DNA of 63,119 nucleotides, filler included, from Cercozoa sp. M6MM (taxonomy: Eukaryota > Protista > Endomyxa: Ascetosporea): assembly GCA_040357565.1 (NCBI GenBank). It is 8 parts of 8 records of this genome, joined end to end, with 100 filler letters (N's around TTAATTAATTAA, not from the genome) between each part and the next. Parts side by side here need not be neighbours in the genome. Positions count along the whole stretch, not along the records: positions 39,538 to 43,204 come from JBDODJ010001362.1; positions 43,305 to 49,307 come from JBDODJ010000805.1; positions 49,408 to 61,281 come from JBDODJ010000392.1; 5 more parts are not named here. The stretch is one strand, 5' to 3'. Each line of letters opens with the position of its first letter. The stretch's first letter is position 1. A model generated the notes under the pieces. It had not been told where the DNA came from and did no database searches. It worked only from the letters and a program-made list of their open reading frames with translations. This document shows, in pieces, positions 42,554-55,602 of the stretch. The translations under genes and the position numbers were made by a program.

Positions 42554-43123
42554 ATGGCGTCGTCGGAGCCGTTCCGTTTTTCTGGCTTCTCGAACTTCCG
42601 ACAGCAATACTCGGCCGGTGGAGCTGCCAGCAGCGACAACAGCGGCAGTGGCAGTAGCAGCAGCAGCAGCAGCAACGGCGGCAGCGGCGGCAGCAGCAGC
42701 AGCTACAACACTGTCGGCGGCAATGGTGGCAACACCTTTGACGAGAGCTTCAACCAGAACGAATTCGCACGCTCACAATCCACTGGGGTATTGACTTGTG
42801 TTGTGGCTGGTGTATTCCTGACTTGTGTTTGCTTGCTCAGCTGTGGGCGTCTATGGGCGGCTTCTCTGACGTAAACCTTCTCTACCCCCTCTCTTATCTG
42901 TCGTGGCGCTGCTTTCATTCTGTGTTCACGCACAGTTGATCTTTGGCGGCTTGGGCAACGACGACGAGGACGAGGAGGACAAGGACACCTTCCTGCACAG
43001 CGTACGTCTCTCTCTCTCTCTTGCGCTCGGTCCCAGAGAGTGTGGTTGATTATTCTTGTATGCTCACAGGATGACGAGGACTCTCTTTTCATGCAGTTGC
43101 AGGATGGCGAAGACACTCTGTTC
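42554..43123 (+). CDS. Hypothetical protein N-terminus (Ser/Gly-rich, then acidic), partial
   Basis: MASSEPFRFSGFSNF start, followed by GT-AG-bounded acidic exons. Confidence 0.4.
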
Positions 43124-43158
43124 GTACAGCTTCCTATGAGCATTCCTATGCAATGTTT

Positions 43159-43204
<46 letters not shown>

Positions 43205-43304
43205 NNNNNNNNNNNNNNNNNNNNNNNNNNNNNNNNNNNNNNNNNNNNTTAATTAATTAANNNNNNNNNNNNNNNNNNNNNNNNNNNNNNNNNNNNNNNN
43301 NNNN

Positions 43305-43344
<40 letters not shown>

Positions 43345-43353
<9 letters not shown>

Positions 43354-45364
43354 AGAATTATTGAGGCACAAAACCCACTATCGAAAGCAACTTACTGAGC
43401 ACAATCTGGAGCGAGTGAGTGCTCATTCTGAAAGCTCCGCGCGTCCACAACTCGCGACTGATTTTTAAAACAATTGCTTGCTTCGATAGTTTAACGAGAG
43501 GAAAAATTGGTACAGGTCTGCAATGCATTTCGCGATCGGCGAACGCGTCTTCGGTCAGTACAGTGCAAACTATAAACCAGGATAAATCGGAAGCAAACAC
43601 GTTGTTTGCACCTGCCGCGTGAACAAGTCGACCAATATTTTCCAACAAGTCATCACGGTGTGTAGCGAGCAGACATCGGTCTCCCGCACGTCACTTGTAG
43701 CAACGCATTCAAGCATCGTCTGATAGCTCGCGAAAGGCGCATTCCGAAAAACAGGAAGCAAGATAGCATGGACTTTATTCAGGGCGGCCAAGCCTACAAA
43801 GCAACACAAGGCGCAACGGACGCATACGCCTGATATCAGCAGCAGGCATCACGAACTGAAAACCACTTACCGTCTAAAACCACAGCTTCTTTTGCGCAGG
43901 GACGCACCACCTGAGGCATTATTAAGCGATCGAAACGAATTAATGGAAACTGGAAAGGTTCATTGTCTGAAGTTTCACCTCAACAAGCTCGTGGTAGTCG
44001 TGAGTATGTACGGCGAGCCAGCTGGTGAGACCTGGCGCCTCCGCTAACGCCTCCAGGAACTCAAGTTGCATGGACGACATTCCCATGTACACCTTCTACA
44101 CACAGGACAAAGACGAATTTTTAACACGGACGGCGAGACATTGGAGACTTACACGAAGGAAGTTTTCAATGTCAGTCATCGAATGCAGCCTGGAAGCTTC
44201 GTCAGACTCAACGATCTTTTGCACTTGACACAATGTCTCGTAGAACTCCTATATTAACGTATCCACTTAGGTTCTTTTGTCAGTAATACACACGGACAGG
44301 AAGTTACATCCTCATCAACCGAGCAGCGAAAGAGCTCATTGTCCAGAGACAAGCGAAGTTTCAAACTACAGAAGCGGCGAAAGCCTCAAACTCTTGTGCC
44401 ACATATGCTACAGCATAAATGTACAGTCCAGGAAGCCAACGTTGCATCTCTTCAACAAATGCGAAAGAGCACAAGTGCTGCAGGATGCGTTTTTCAAGAG
44501 ACACGACGGGCTCTTCGAGTTCGAACTTCGCATCGAGCAACACGTTGAGCATCAGCCGGACCTCTCGCTCGTAGAACTCGTTCGACAGGTCCGACTAAGT
44601 TACACACAACAGAATACAACAAAAGGACCATGTATCGTGAGATTACAAAAAGAACGCGAAGATGTTCGACGGGGATGTCAAGGCTACAGATGTCGTTCGA
44701 CCAGCTGACGACCCTCGAACGAACTGCTGGCAACAGGTTGATAACCTGGTCAGTTGACAGAACCTCGTTCTCGTCACAACGAGCAGCTTCCAGCGAGGTC
44801 CGCCAAACATGCGAAAGCAGGTGACTAAATTTACATGCCAGCGGGGATTCGAGAAGTTAAAGACAAAGAGATGGTCTACGAGTGCTTGAAGGAATGCAGC
44901 CAATTCGTTTCGACGCGCCACGAAGGCCAAATCCTGTTTGTGTTGCGTTTAAAGCTTGCAAAAATAATCGCAGACAGTGTTGTTACTGATCGATCTCGTT
45001 CAATTCGGCCAGCAGTTCGCCCAGCTCCATGTCAACGAACCTGCTAAGGTGAGTGAGAGATAGTAGTGACAGTGCATACAACTTTTATTGTTTGGGAGTA
45101 CACATGAAGCAAATGCGACGCTGTCTCATTTAGTTTTGACACATCAATCGTCCCGCTACATTAAAAGCCATTCCACATAACCGACAAGCTGTAGGAGAAG
45201 TATCGGTACACTGAGCAAAACACTTGCACGAAGTGTTGCAAGTGCTTCAGTGCACTCTCTTCTTTATCCATCTAAGCAGATAAAAACAATAACATCTCAA
45301 ATGCTGCTCTAAAAGACAATACGCGAATTGCGGTGTTCTCAAGCAGCTTCCCGTAGTCCTCCAT
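43345..45364 (-). CDS. Multi-exon hypothetical protein
   Basis: MEDYGKLLENTAIR start; helical exons such as LEEPVVSLEKRILQHL and QLEFLEALAEAPGLTSWL. Confidence 0.4.
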
Positions 45365-46443
45365 GTCGAAACGTTTGCTACGAGAAGTGGAGAGGCAAAA
45401 AAAAAATAAAGTAACTTTAAACCAGAGCAGTAACAATGCAAATTTACAGCAGTTGGATGAGAAAGAGGCGTTTCTTAAGAATCGCACGCACTTGTTTCAC
45501 GTTAGTTCGAGCTAAATTGACAAGTAAATTTACGGCGAGTTTTAAATTATCAATCGAATGAAGTACCATCTAAGAGATCGCTCTTCGCATCGTTGATAAC
45601 ACGTACGCACATTGACAAGTCTGAGGATACAAACGAGCCTCCAAACCGATGAATCTTATTGCAGTTTTAACGCAGCAACATACCACAGCTTCCAGTCTTT
45701 TCAATCGCCAAAATGACAGTTGCACTCTGCAACAAATCTTCGAGCGTGGGCTACAAAGCAAGCTCGTTTTTTGGTCTCGACATGTTACACAAAACGTACC
45801 TCGTCGGGCAGGCAGCGTTGCAGCACTCCCCTGCGGGTTTTACAAAGAGAAAGAGTTCGCAGATGGGAAACATTATTGTTGCAAACTGCAAAACGAATTG
45901 CAACTGAAGTCAAGAAAAATAAATTTACGAGTGAATAAGTCGCGCGACGGATGCGGTCAAAGTAGTTGTGGCTAATCTCTAGCAGAACAAAACAGTTCAC
46001 AGATGGGAAAGCGAGCTCATTTTAAACAGGGTATTTATACCACAACTTTGACGGCAGTAGCATTTTTCGTGAGTTGTGGCGCCGAACGATCGCAGATGTG
46101 CCTGACAAGTACAGCAAACGGGTTAGTTGCGTTTGTCCGTAGAAGTAAAGCAAGCGTACTTGATGAGTGCACGATCGACAATATCTGGGCCGTTCCTGTG
46201 TCTGCAATGACGATAAAGTTCAATAGCCTTTGACCGACCCGGGATTTGAAGACAGTTGTACTGAGTGCAGACAGAAGCGAGAAACTCTAGTGCCTGTTTA
46301 TCATACTCAGACATCAGACAGAAGCGACAAATTCCAGAGCCTGTTTATCGTACTCAGACATGACAGACCTGAAGCGGACACGAAGGCCACGACTCGCTTT
46401 TCGTGAACTCAGACACGAAGCTCTGTCAAAAAACGGTGTGTGT

Positions 46444-46514
<71 letters not shown>

Positions 46515-48294
46515 TGCGTGGGTGTGTGTACCGGTACGTGCTGTTCAAAAAACGACAGCGAAAAGAAACCGCGCACTGCGTTAACGGCTTTCTTAAATTG
46601 AGACTGGAAAGAACACATACTTAAACACGGCATCGCAACAACTGGGAGAACAAATGTACAATACCACAGTAGGACGATCAACAGCATCAAACTCGTGGGC
46701 AAACTGTCTCTTGAGCTGCTTGATGACGTCGGTCTGCTTCCACAAAGGAAAGGTGGGCTTCGATTCAAACTTGCAGGGAACAGTAAATTTTACAGAACCA
46801 CACTCCGCAGCCACTGCCTCTAGGACTTCGGCCTGCCGGTGTCCTGCCAAAGAAGAAAATGCAGGTCATGGCTTTCATTTGTTGACATGCACAAGGTGAA
46901 ACCGTGAAGTAGCTTTCGTGCGAGCATCACGCGAACGACTTCCACCTATTGAGTCAGTGCACCTTAAAAACAGACAACATCCAAAGAAAGAGGTGAGACA
47001 GTGGGAGTTAAACGTAAGGCAGAAGCCAAAGCATCTCTGTCAGAATCGTGCTGCGGAGGTGAACACTCTTTGAGCCACTCGACTATGCTCGAATCAACCT
47101 CGGCGAGCGGTGCGTTTTCGAGAACATGCAACAGTGCCTTGGGCGACGGTGCTTGCGACAAAAAGGCAGCGGCCAACGCGCACATGTGCGCCGTAGCAGT
47201 AGATGCAGAGTTCGAGACCATAAAACGGAAGTCGTCGAAAAATGCTTCCAGAGTAGATCCGTTGACAGAATGCTTGCTCGACAGCGACTAATATTTACCG
47301 TACCGTACAGTACAAGCCGTACAACAAGCAAACAACCATACCAGCTGGTGAAACGTCAAGATAACCACGTATTCGAAGCTGCCGTGAGCGCGGTGCCTGC
47401 ACAAGAAAAGGGAATTTTGCATCTACCAGATACGCTGCTCGTATGTTATACAATTCTGCCGCGATTCGCAAGCCTTCAAGCGCCTTTCGGAACAACGCCC
47501 GTCCTAGGTCCTTCTTTATCTAAGTTGATATCGAATGTAATTGCACGGTCACTGTTTAAATCAAACGCAAACAACACTCACCGTAGCCTTTGTCGAGCAA
47601 AGCTCTTCCCCTGCACAAATCGAGACATGGGTAACCCGCACCCTTTCTTTCACCTCAGCTGCATTTGAGGGCCGCCAGTACAATCAAGGTTCGTCACAAA
47701 GCGAGTCCAATCAGGGAGAGACGGTACGTCCATAATGGAAGCGATAGCGCCACAATCACCAATCATGGCCAAAACCGCGAAGATCTGTCAGGAATGATGC
47801 AATTGAATCCCCTCGGACTGCAGCTGTTCAGTTTTACCGACACTGGCCTCTGATTTTGTGACTGCAGGCGCTGACACAGCATGTCAGCGGCTAAGTGTAT
47901 GTGATCGGCCGTCTCGCAGGCAGAGTCTATAACAGAGAAATCTGTTCATTTTGTTTGAAAAAAACAGCTTTTACATTCGCGACCAAGTTTAGCCAATCGC
48001 TCTCCCAGCGTACCTGGGAAAAAGAGATCCATAAATCATCACAACACTTTGAAAAGAAGACAGCGATATATGATAGCGATACGGATGTTCTTCCACTTGC
48101 CCGTCGCAGCGATACATTTAATCTTGTCGAAAAACTAAAGAAATGAATCTCCTTGAATCTCCTTGAACGATCAGCACGCGAAACAGAGAAAGTATGAAAA
48201 TCAATTTTACGTCTTGCGAATGTTGGCTGAACATTGTAAATTTACGTATTCTAGCACTCATGAACAATAATCACACTGACATGAGGCGCAGTAC

Positions 48295-49204
48295 CTGCAC
48301 GGCTTTTTCTTCTTCGGCTTTGAACATGATGCTGCCTTCGAGTCAGGAGTGGCACGCTGTTCAAACAAGTAATCGGCACCTTTCGCAGAGTTTCCGGCCT
48401 CCCAGCCTCTACATTCAATATGTATTAAACTGAACAAAATTCATTGTCGCTTTGCACATACCCGCATGATTTCTTCGTCGCCAAGTCCGACGGCGATGTG
48501 TCAGAACCGGCACCGACACGATGGGCCGCGTGCTTAAACGAGCAAAGGTCACCTTTCGCACAGGAGCCAGACGCCCAGTATCTGCGCAAATAGCTCAAAC
48601 CAACACCGCTGTACTCGAGTAGATTGAGCACCTGCACGGCCTTTCCGTCGACTCCACACGCTTCATAGGGTGCTCGAACGAACAGTTAGCGCCGAATGGG
48701 CAGTTTCCAGATGCCCAGTTCCTGCTCGCAAATGCACAAAAATCACACCAGTCGTAGTACTGTCCCAAAAGAAGTAAATAGCTAGTAGGGTTTACTTGCA
48801 CAGCTTCTTTCGTATCGGCTTTGAAGGTGGTGCGTCAGACCTGGCATGCTGCAAGTGCTCGTACGAGCAATCTGCGCCTCGCGCGCAGTGCCCAGACTCC
48901 CAATACCTGCAGTGGGAGAGTGGAGTAAATTGAAATTTACCCTGATATAATAATGCGTACCGGCACGGCTTCATCTTCAGACAGTGCTCGAATGCGCAGT
49001 CGGCTCCTCGCTTACAGTGTCCCGATGCCCAGTGCCTGTTCTTGCAGTATGCGCAGTGCAGATTTACAGCGCACGCAATGTATAAATGTATACCTGCACG
49101 GCTTCTTTGCCGCCTCGGAACGGACGGCTGACCCGCCGACGTCACGTGGAGAGTGCTCAAATGCGCAGGTGGCACCTCGCGTACAGTGCCCGGATATCCA
49201 GTGC
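48295..49204 (-). CDS. Tandem CCCH zinc-finger protein, partial
   Basis: Five C-x7-C-x5-C-x3-H units, e.g. CRHWASGHCKRGADCAFEH and CRYWESGHCARGADCSYEH, plus one degenerate unit. Confidence 0.9.
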
Positions 49205-49240
49205 CTGGCACATAGTACTATTTAATACTGTTCTTGTCAT

Positions 49241-49307
<67 letters not shown>

Positions 49308-49407
49308 NNNNNNNNNNNNNNNNNNNNNNNNNNNNNNNNNNNNNNNNNNNNTTAATTAATTAANNNNNNNNNNNNNNNNNNNNNNNNNNNNNNNNNNNNN
49401 NNNNNNN

Positions 49408-49465
<58 letters not shown>

Positions 49466-49469
49466 CAGG

Positions 49470-51796
49470 CGCCAGTGACGCAGCCGAACGCGCTGCGATC
49501 AGTGGCCTACATTGTGGCACTGTGCCGCGTGCTGCGCGAGAAGAACGTCGGCAACTGCGAGGGCGTGTTCCGCGTGGCCGGCAGTCGCGATCTGGTACAG
49601 CGATACTTGGCGTATGTGTGGTCATTCTGACTGATCTAAGTGGGGTATGAGTGGTCACAATGATCACATGATTGAGTGGTCACTGTGGTCGCAGGCCAGC
49701 GAGCTCCGCCACGTGTTCGACGAGAGCGGCGGCGAGCCGGCACTCGGCACGCGGTACAGCGACCGCAAGCTGGGCCTCGTGTCCTCGGTGGCCGCACTGG
49801 CGCGCCACCTCGACGACACCAACACCAACACGGGCGACTCCGACACTGTACAAAAACAACAACAACAACAGCAGCAGGAAAAACAACAAGAAGAACTGCA
49901 AGAACAACAACAGCAACAAGACGACGACGGTAGCGTCGTGTTGTCGCTCCTCGCGCAGTCCGACTGCGCCACCGTGGCTGCTCATCTCAAGTACCTCCCT
50001 ACTGTCTCCCTGCCCTGCCGACTACCTTGTCTACTACCTTGCCTGCTATCTTGTGTATTCCCGACCTTGTCCAGGTGGGTGCTGCGCGAGTTGTCGCCGC
50101 CGATGTTCTCGTCGCGACTGCTAAACTTTGTGGCGCACCTTTGTGACAGCCGCTTTGCGTGTGCCAATGACGCCGACACCGTCAGTGCTGACGGTTCCAG
50201 TGACGGTTCCAATGACGGTGACGGTTTCAGTGTCAGCGATCAGCTGCGGTGGAACGCCGAGTATGAACCGTCGCACGCCGTGTTCGGCACTGTGTCCGGC
50301 GACGCCGATCTCGACTTTGACGCGCTCGGCTGGCGCACGCGCGACGACGTGCGACTCGCCGCCTTTTTCGTACCGTGTCTTGCTCCGCGCGGACGGCGTT
50401 TCTCGCTGGCACCCATCGCTGATCGCCCCGCGTGACCCACGTGTGTGTTTGTGTTCAGTTGAACGAACTGCGCGCGGCAGAGTTGTACGCGCCGGGCAGG
50501 CCGAACAAGGACGGTGTCGATGATACCACTGACGATGTCGGCGGTGCCACTGACGGTGTCAATGATACCAGTGATGGTGACACTGCGAGCGACGAGAGAC
50601 ACGTGGCACTCGACCCGGACGAGGCGGTGCTGCAGGCTAACACACTCTTGTACACGCTCCTTACATGCGTACCTACAGACACGTACGTACACATACATGC
50701 ATATGTACACATACACAGGCACGCCAAGAGACCAGTCAGACTGGCGGCCGTGGCGGCCGTGCTGCGTGTGCTGCAGTTGGTACTGCTGCTTCTATCCCCA
50801 TCCCACCTTCTTAACCCCCCCCCCCCGTGTGACAGGTGATGCAGCATGGCGAAACAACGCGTATGTATGCAGCCAATCTGGCCATCATCTTTGCTCAGGT
50901 AGCTTTACCCCCCTCGGTCTCGACCTCGAGTGTCTCCCTGGGAATGCGCAGGTGTGGTTCGGCGACTCGTCCGACAAGAGTCTCGTGGTGACGCAGCTGC
51001 TGCTGCTGCGCAGTGCTGCCATTCTACAGCAGCTTGAAGTCTTGCTTGCTGTGGCTTACCCCCTCTTTACCTCTTACCCCCTCCCCCTCCTTAATCTTTC
51101 TCCTACTGTAGGCCGAGGTGGAACGGCCAGACCTCGATGTTAGGGACCTTGCGTTGGTACCTCTTGCACTCTGTGTGGTCACTCCTAACAGTGTCTGTGT
51201 GTATGTGAGTGTTCATGCAGGTCACGTGGTGCAACACATGCCTCGAGCAGCACCAGCAGCCGCTGGTGGCCAACTTGCAGGCGCTGCAGAACGGCGTCGG
51301 TCTCGTGCGACTCGTCAACGTGCTCATGGCCGAGTATGCGCTCTCTGCTCTTTCTCGTGTGCTTCCTCTGTGTATCTACGTGCATCCGCGCGGACGCAGG
51401 CGACACCGGACGAACCGCATGCGCGACAGGCAGCGCGAGCGCGCACGGCAGGCGTACCACGAGAAGATCAACAACGTGCCGCAGTCGCCGCTCGCCGCAG
51501 ACACCGACGACGACAACGACGACGACGAGCTCTTCCTCGGCGCCTTCCACGAGACACCGGACAGTGCCACGCAGTGCGTCGACAACGTCGACATTGTGCT
51601 GACGCACCTTCTCACGGCCGGCGTCGTACTCGACCTCTTCGACGCCAACAAGGTCGTGCGCGGCGACATTGCCGAGCTGCGTGCCGTCGTCTGGGCACTC
51701 GCGCAGACGCACGACGAGGCTGCGCGCTGCGCCGACTCTCTGGACGCCTGGGCTGCCACTGTGCTGCCCAATCGCTCCGCGGCCGCCTGCCAGTGA
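49470..51796 (+). CDS. RhoGAP-domain protein with C-terminal calponin-homology-like domain; 5' partial
   Basis: EGVFRVAG Arg finger, VAAHLKWVLRELSPP, RMYAANLAIIF; then TWCN...LQNGVGLVRLVNVL...NVDIVL...KVVRGD...VVWAL. Confidence 0.82.
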
Positions 51797-52870
51797 CTTA
51801 ACTTGACTCGACTCGACTCGACTCGACTTTGTTTTGCTTTAATTTTGTGTGTTTGTTGTGTTACGTCCGTCTGTTTACTATTTAAAAGGACTCGTGTTAC
51901 TGACGGTTGTCAGTGAAAAGAACCCAACTGGCTTCTCACGTCAAACTAGCGTAGACGGAGTTGTAGACCGACACAATCTTCCATCATGGGGGAAATCTGC
52001 GGAACCTGTGAGCTGCCTAGTCGTCTTCTGATGAACTGCCTTTCAAGCATCGAGCATGTAGCGGGCACCCGATTGCGTCGATCGATGGCGAAATCGCAAT
52101 CACACCTTAGCACTTGTCTCGGATTGGCGGGACGTTTTTTCCTTTGGTATGATATGGGTAACATCCGGGGGGGGGGGGGGTAACAGTAACTACCTAAACA
52201 TCGGTCCGTCAAGGAAACTCAGGAAAGCCTACGACGCCTAACGGTTGGATTTTTCAAAACGCCACGCCAATCCGGGGCATACCCTGCGTTGCCTCTAGAC
52301 CGGACTCGTGAAGCACCCGACTGTATTGTAGTTCTTGAGAAAGCGAAGTTGAGTTAAACAGAGTCGGTTTCGTCGCAGGACGTTAACCGCACCTCACACT
52401 GAGTTTCCTTCGGAAGGAACGGAGCCAACGCAAACGACTTGAGAGAAGAAAACGTAAATTTAGTATCGATTCAAGTGCTGCGCAGACCTGACTTTTTAGC
52501 TTGGATCAAGCTTTCTACCTACAGCTGACTGCAGGTACCTTTTATCCAGCTTCCTTCTACGGAGCTTCGTCCCTTTGCACTTGCTACTTTCTACAAAGGA
52601 GTGTCTTCTAATCCTCCACTTCGAAGTCTTTCTCACTGACGTTAACACTTCCTGTATTTAGCCGTCTTCGCTACCTTAGTTACTGCAAATCGAACCCCCC
52701 CCCATATCTACCCCCTTAGCCCTTAACCCCTTTGCTCCCCTTACCCCCTTTACCTCTCATTTGATTCGCTGATTCGATTTTGCCTCGAAAAACTCCGCCA
52801 TACCCTTAGTTACTGGTTAATACCGTAACAGATATCGCATCAGTTAGCTGTCATCGCATCGCATGTCAGG

Positions 52871-55100
52871 TCAAACGCGCGCGAGACGAGTGTAGCCTGC
52901 GCGATCAGCGACAGCGGCGGCGTTCATCTGCGCACCAAAGTCGGGCTCAGCAGAGCCGAGCGCCTGCAGCAAGTCCTCGGACACGGTGCGCGACGCCTTG
53001 TGATAGCGTGGCGTCGATGCCGCCACAGGCGGCGGTGCCGAAGTCACGGAAACCGACACTGGATGTGCTTCCAACAAGGCCTCCTCATCGTCCTCCTTCT
53101 GCAACTGCGGTCGTACGCTCCTACGGGCACAGCAAGACATGCACACACATTCTGCACACAGGTCCTTCACAAGGAGAAAACGAAAGAGCACAGCTCAATG
53201 AGATCGGCCGCTCTGACGCATGCCGAGTGCACTTGCAGCAGCTTGTGGTGCAGCATGCCACTGAGGCGCGTCAGGACGCGCGAGTGTTCGCTCACGCGGC
53301 GCAGCAGTCGCGCACAGCATAGCGCCTCGCCTGTGCATCATGCACGTGCGTTCATCAGGATTAACAGCAAGGCGACCGAGGGAGGCAGCAGAGTGGTCAT
53401 GTACCTTCCGACAGGCGGAGCAGGGCGGCCGCGACGCGCCAGTTCGGCGAGCAGCACGGCGAGCACAGCTGCAGTGTCGCCGCCAAGGCCGCCAGTGCCA
53501 ACGCAGCTGCACCAGTTACGTTAGTGTATAGACATATCGATGTATACATGTATACAGAGAAAATACCGGGTCGCACGGTGGTGCCAGTGAGCATGAGTGC
53601 CGTACAGAACACGTGCGCCGCCGCCTGGCACAGACACTGCTCGGCGGTACCGCTGTCTGCCGATGCCTCAGTCGACTGCAGTCGCGTGTCGTGCTTCGTG
53701 TGCATTGGAGTGCACACGAGTGACTCATCTTGCTGGAGTTGCCGTTGCTGTTGCAGCTGTCGTCTGCGCTCCTCCTGCTGCTGTCGCTGCTTCAGGGCAA
53801 CGGCAGGCGCCAGCGTGAACTTGGCGCGAGGTGCTCTATGGTCCATGGGCGCGGCGTACTGACTGTCGCTCTCTCGAACACCTGTGCCGGCAGTGTCATT
53901 GCCGCACTTGGTGTTACACTTGGTGCTGCCGCACATGGGTCGGTGCAGATGCACTGGGATCTCCATTCGCTGCCGCAGGTATGTCACGTAGTACGACGGC
54001 AGCGCCGACATCGTACGCCACCGGCAGCGCGACAACAGCGCTGTCTCCGAGTGCAGCGTTGCCAGCGGGTCTCTCGCCGGCACCGCCGGCGCCACGCGCT
54101 CGTGCAGCTTGGCCGACACGACGGCACTCACCTCAAGCAGCTCCGACTGTACAGTTCAACCCATACATGACACACGGCTGAGGTAAGACTGAGGCTACAG
54201 CAGGCAGATGTCTCCGGTTGAGTCGGTACTGAGCCAGCGCAAGCTCGCGTTCAGCACGTCTCACTGTCGGTGCAGGTGTCAGTGTCACAGGCACATGTCA
54301 TATACCAAAGGATGGGAGGAGAGCATACGCATGTCATCAATGTAGGCCTCTCGGCGCAGTCGCCTCCTGGCACGTGCCTCAGCACGCAGTTTCCTCCGTT
54401 CGTGTCGCTCCTGTGTTTTAACAGTGCGAGCGTACAATGTGGTTTCTGACAGGGAAAAAGGAAATACCCGCTTGCGTTGCAAGCGAGCATCGCGCGAGTT
54501 GTCTTTAAAGAAGGGCAGCTGACGCTTTGGCCTCTTACAACTATCACCCTCACCGTTGCAGTTTTGTGAGACACGTCGCCTTTTTGCCAACATGCTTGTA
54601 TGCACCTAAACACGTCACTCATATCGCATTGTTGTTTTGATCACCTGCATTTAGCTCGAGTCTACCTCACTGCTGGGCACGCGTGAACGGTGTCGACGTT
54701 GGCACAGCATCTCATCGAACAGCAGCAGTGCGTGCTGTGTCGTTTCGGCGTGCCACTGCAGCGAGTTGCCGACGTTCTCCATCCAGTCGCTGCCAACCGT
54801 CAGCACAGCATACAGTCACATGTAACGGTAGGAGGTTGAGCGTACCATAGGGCGGACGAGTGGAAAGACACCTGGCCTGGATCAAGGCTGCAGAGTGCAT
54901 CCAAGCTGACGCAGCTGTCGCTTGAGTTGCTCGAAGGTGGTGTCACCTGCAATGGAAAAGGGTCATGCCAAAGTACGAGCATCGCAGTGTGCCATTGGGA
55001 TCTTTACCGGAGGCGTGCATAGAAGCTCCCTCGTGAGGGCAGGCACCATGTCTTCCTGCAGTCTTCCTGCAAACAGATGCGCATAGCACAGCCAAACGAG
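52871..55100 (-). CDS. Low-complexity multi-exon hypothetical protein
   Basis: GC-rich GT-AG-bounded exons ending GYTRLARV*; start uncertain. Confidence 0.35.
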
Positions 55101-55602
55101 AAAGACCAGGCAAATTGGCTCGTTGGTGCTCATTCCTCACCTGCCGACCGAGAGATCAGCCCACAAAATGCACTAAACAGCGTCAAGTACCCTGCGATAC
55201 GCTCAATCACTGATTTAAACCGTATGAGGGGCGACAGGAAGCTTCGAACAGCCAGGAGCACGGCTTTGGGCTGTTCCAGAAATAATGCCGGTTGCCCCTT
55301 CGTTTTTGGGCGGACTCTCGCGAGCGACAATGATCACGTGATCGTTGTGTCACAAGCGACGCGCAACCCTTGAACCGCACTGCGAACAGACAGTGCGGTT
55401 AGGAGTACAGTGCTGTAGAACCAGCCTGCAGTAGGCTCCTGCCAGGGGAACCTCAGATCCAGAGCGACCCATTCACTGTCCTGTGATTGTCCAGATCGCG
55501 TCCATTTGTCCCAGAAAATGTTGGGCATTTTTAAACCCCCAGCGCTCTGATACGTTGACCGCCTGAGAGACCTCCTGACAACCTGCGAGGCATCACATCA
55601 CG

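Noticed and set aside
52020-52100. Hammerhead-like CTGATGA...GAAA
   Set aside because: Stem II closing pair and stems I and III could not be formed.
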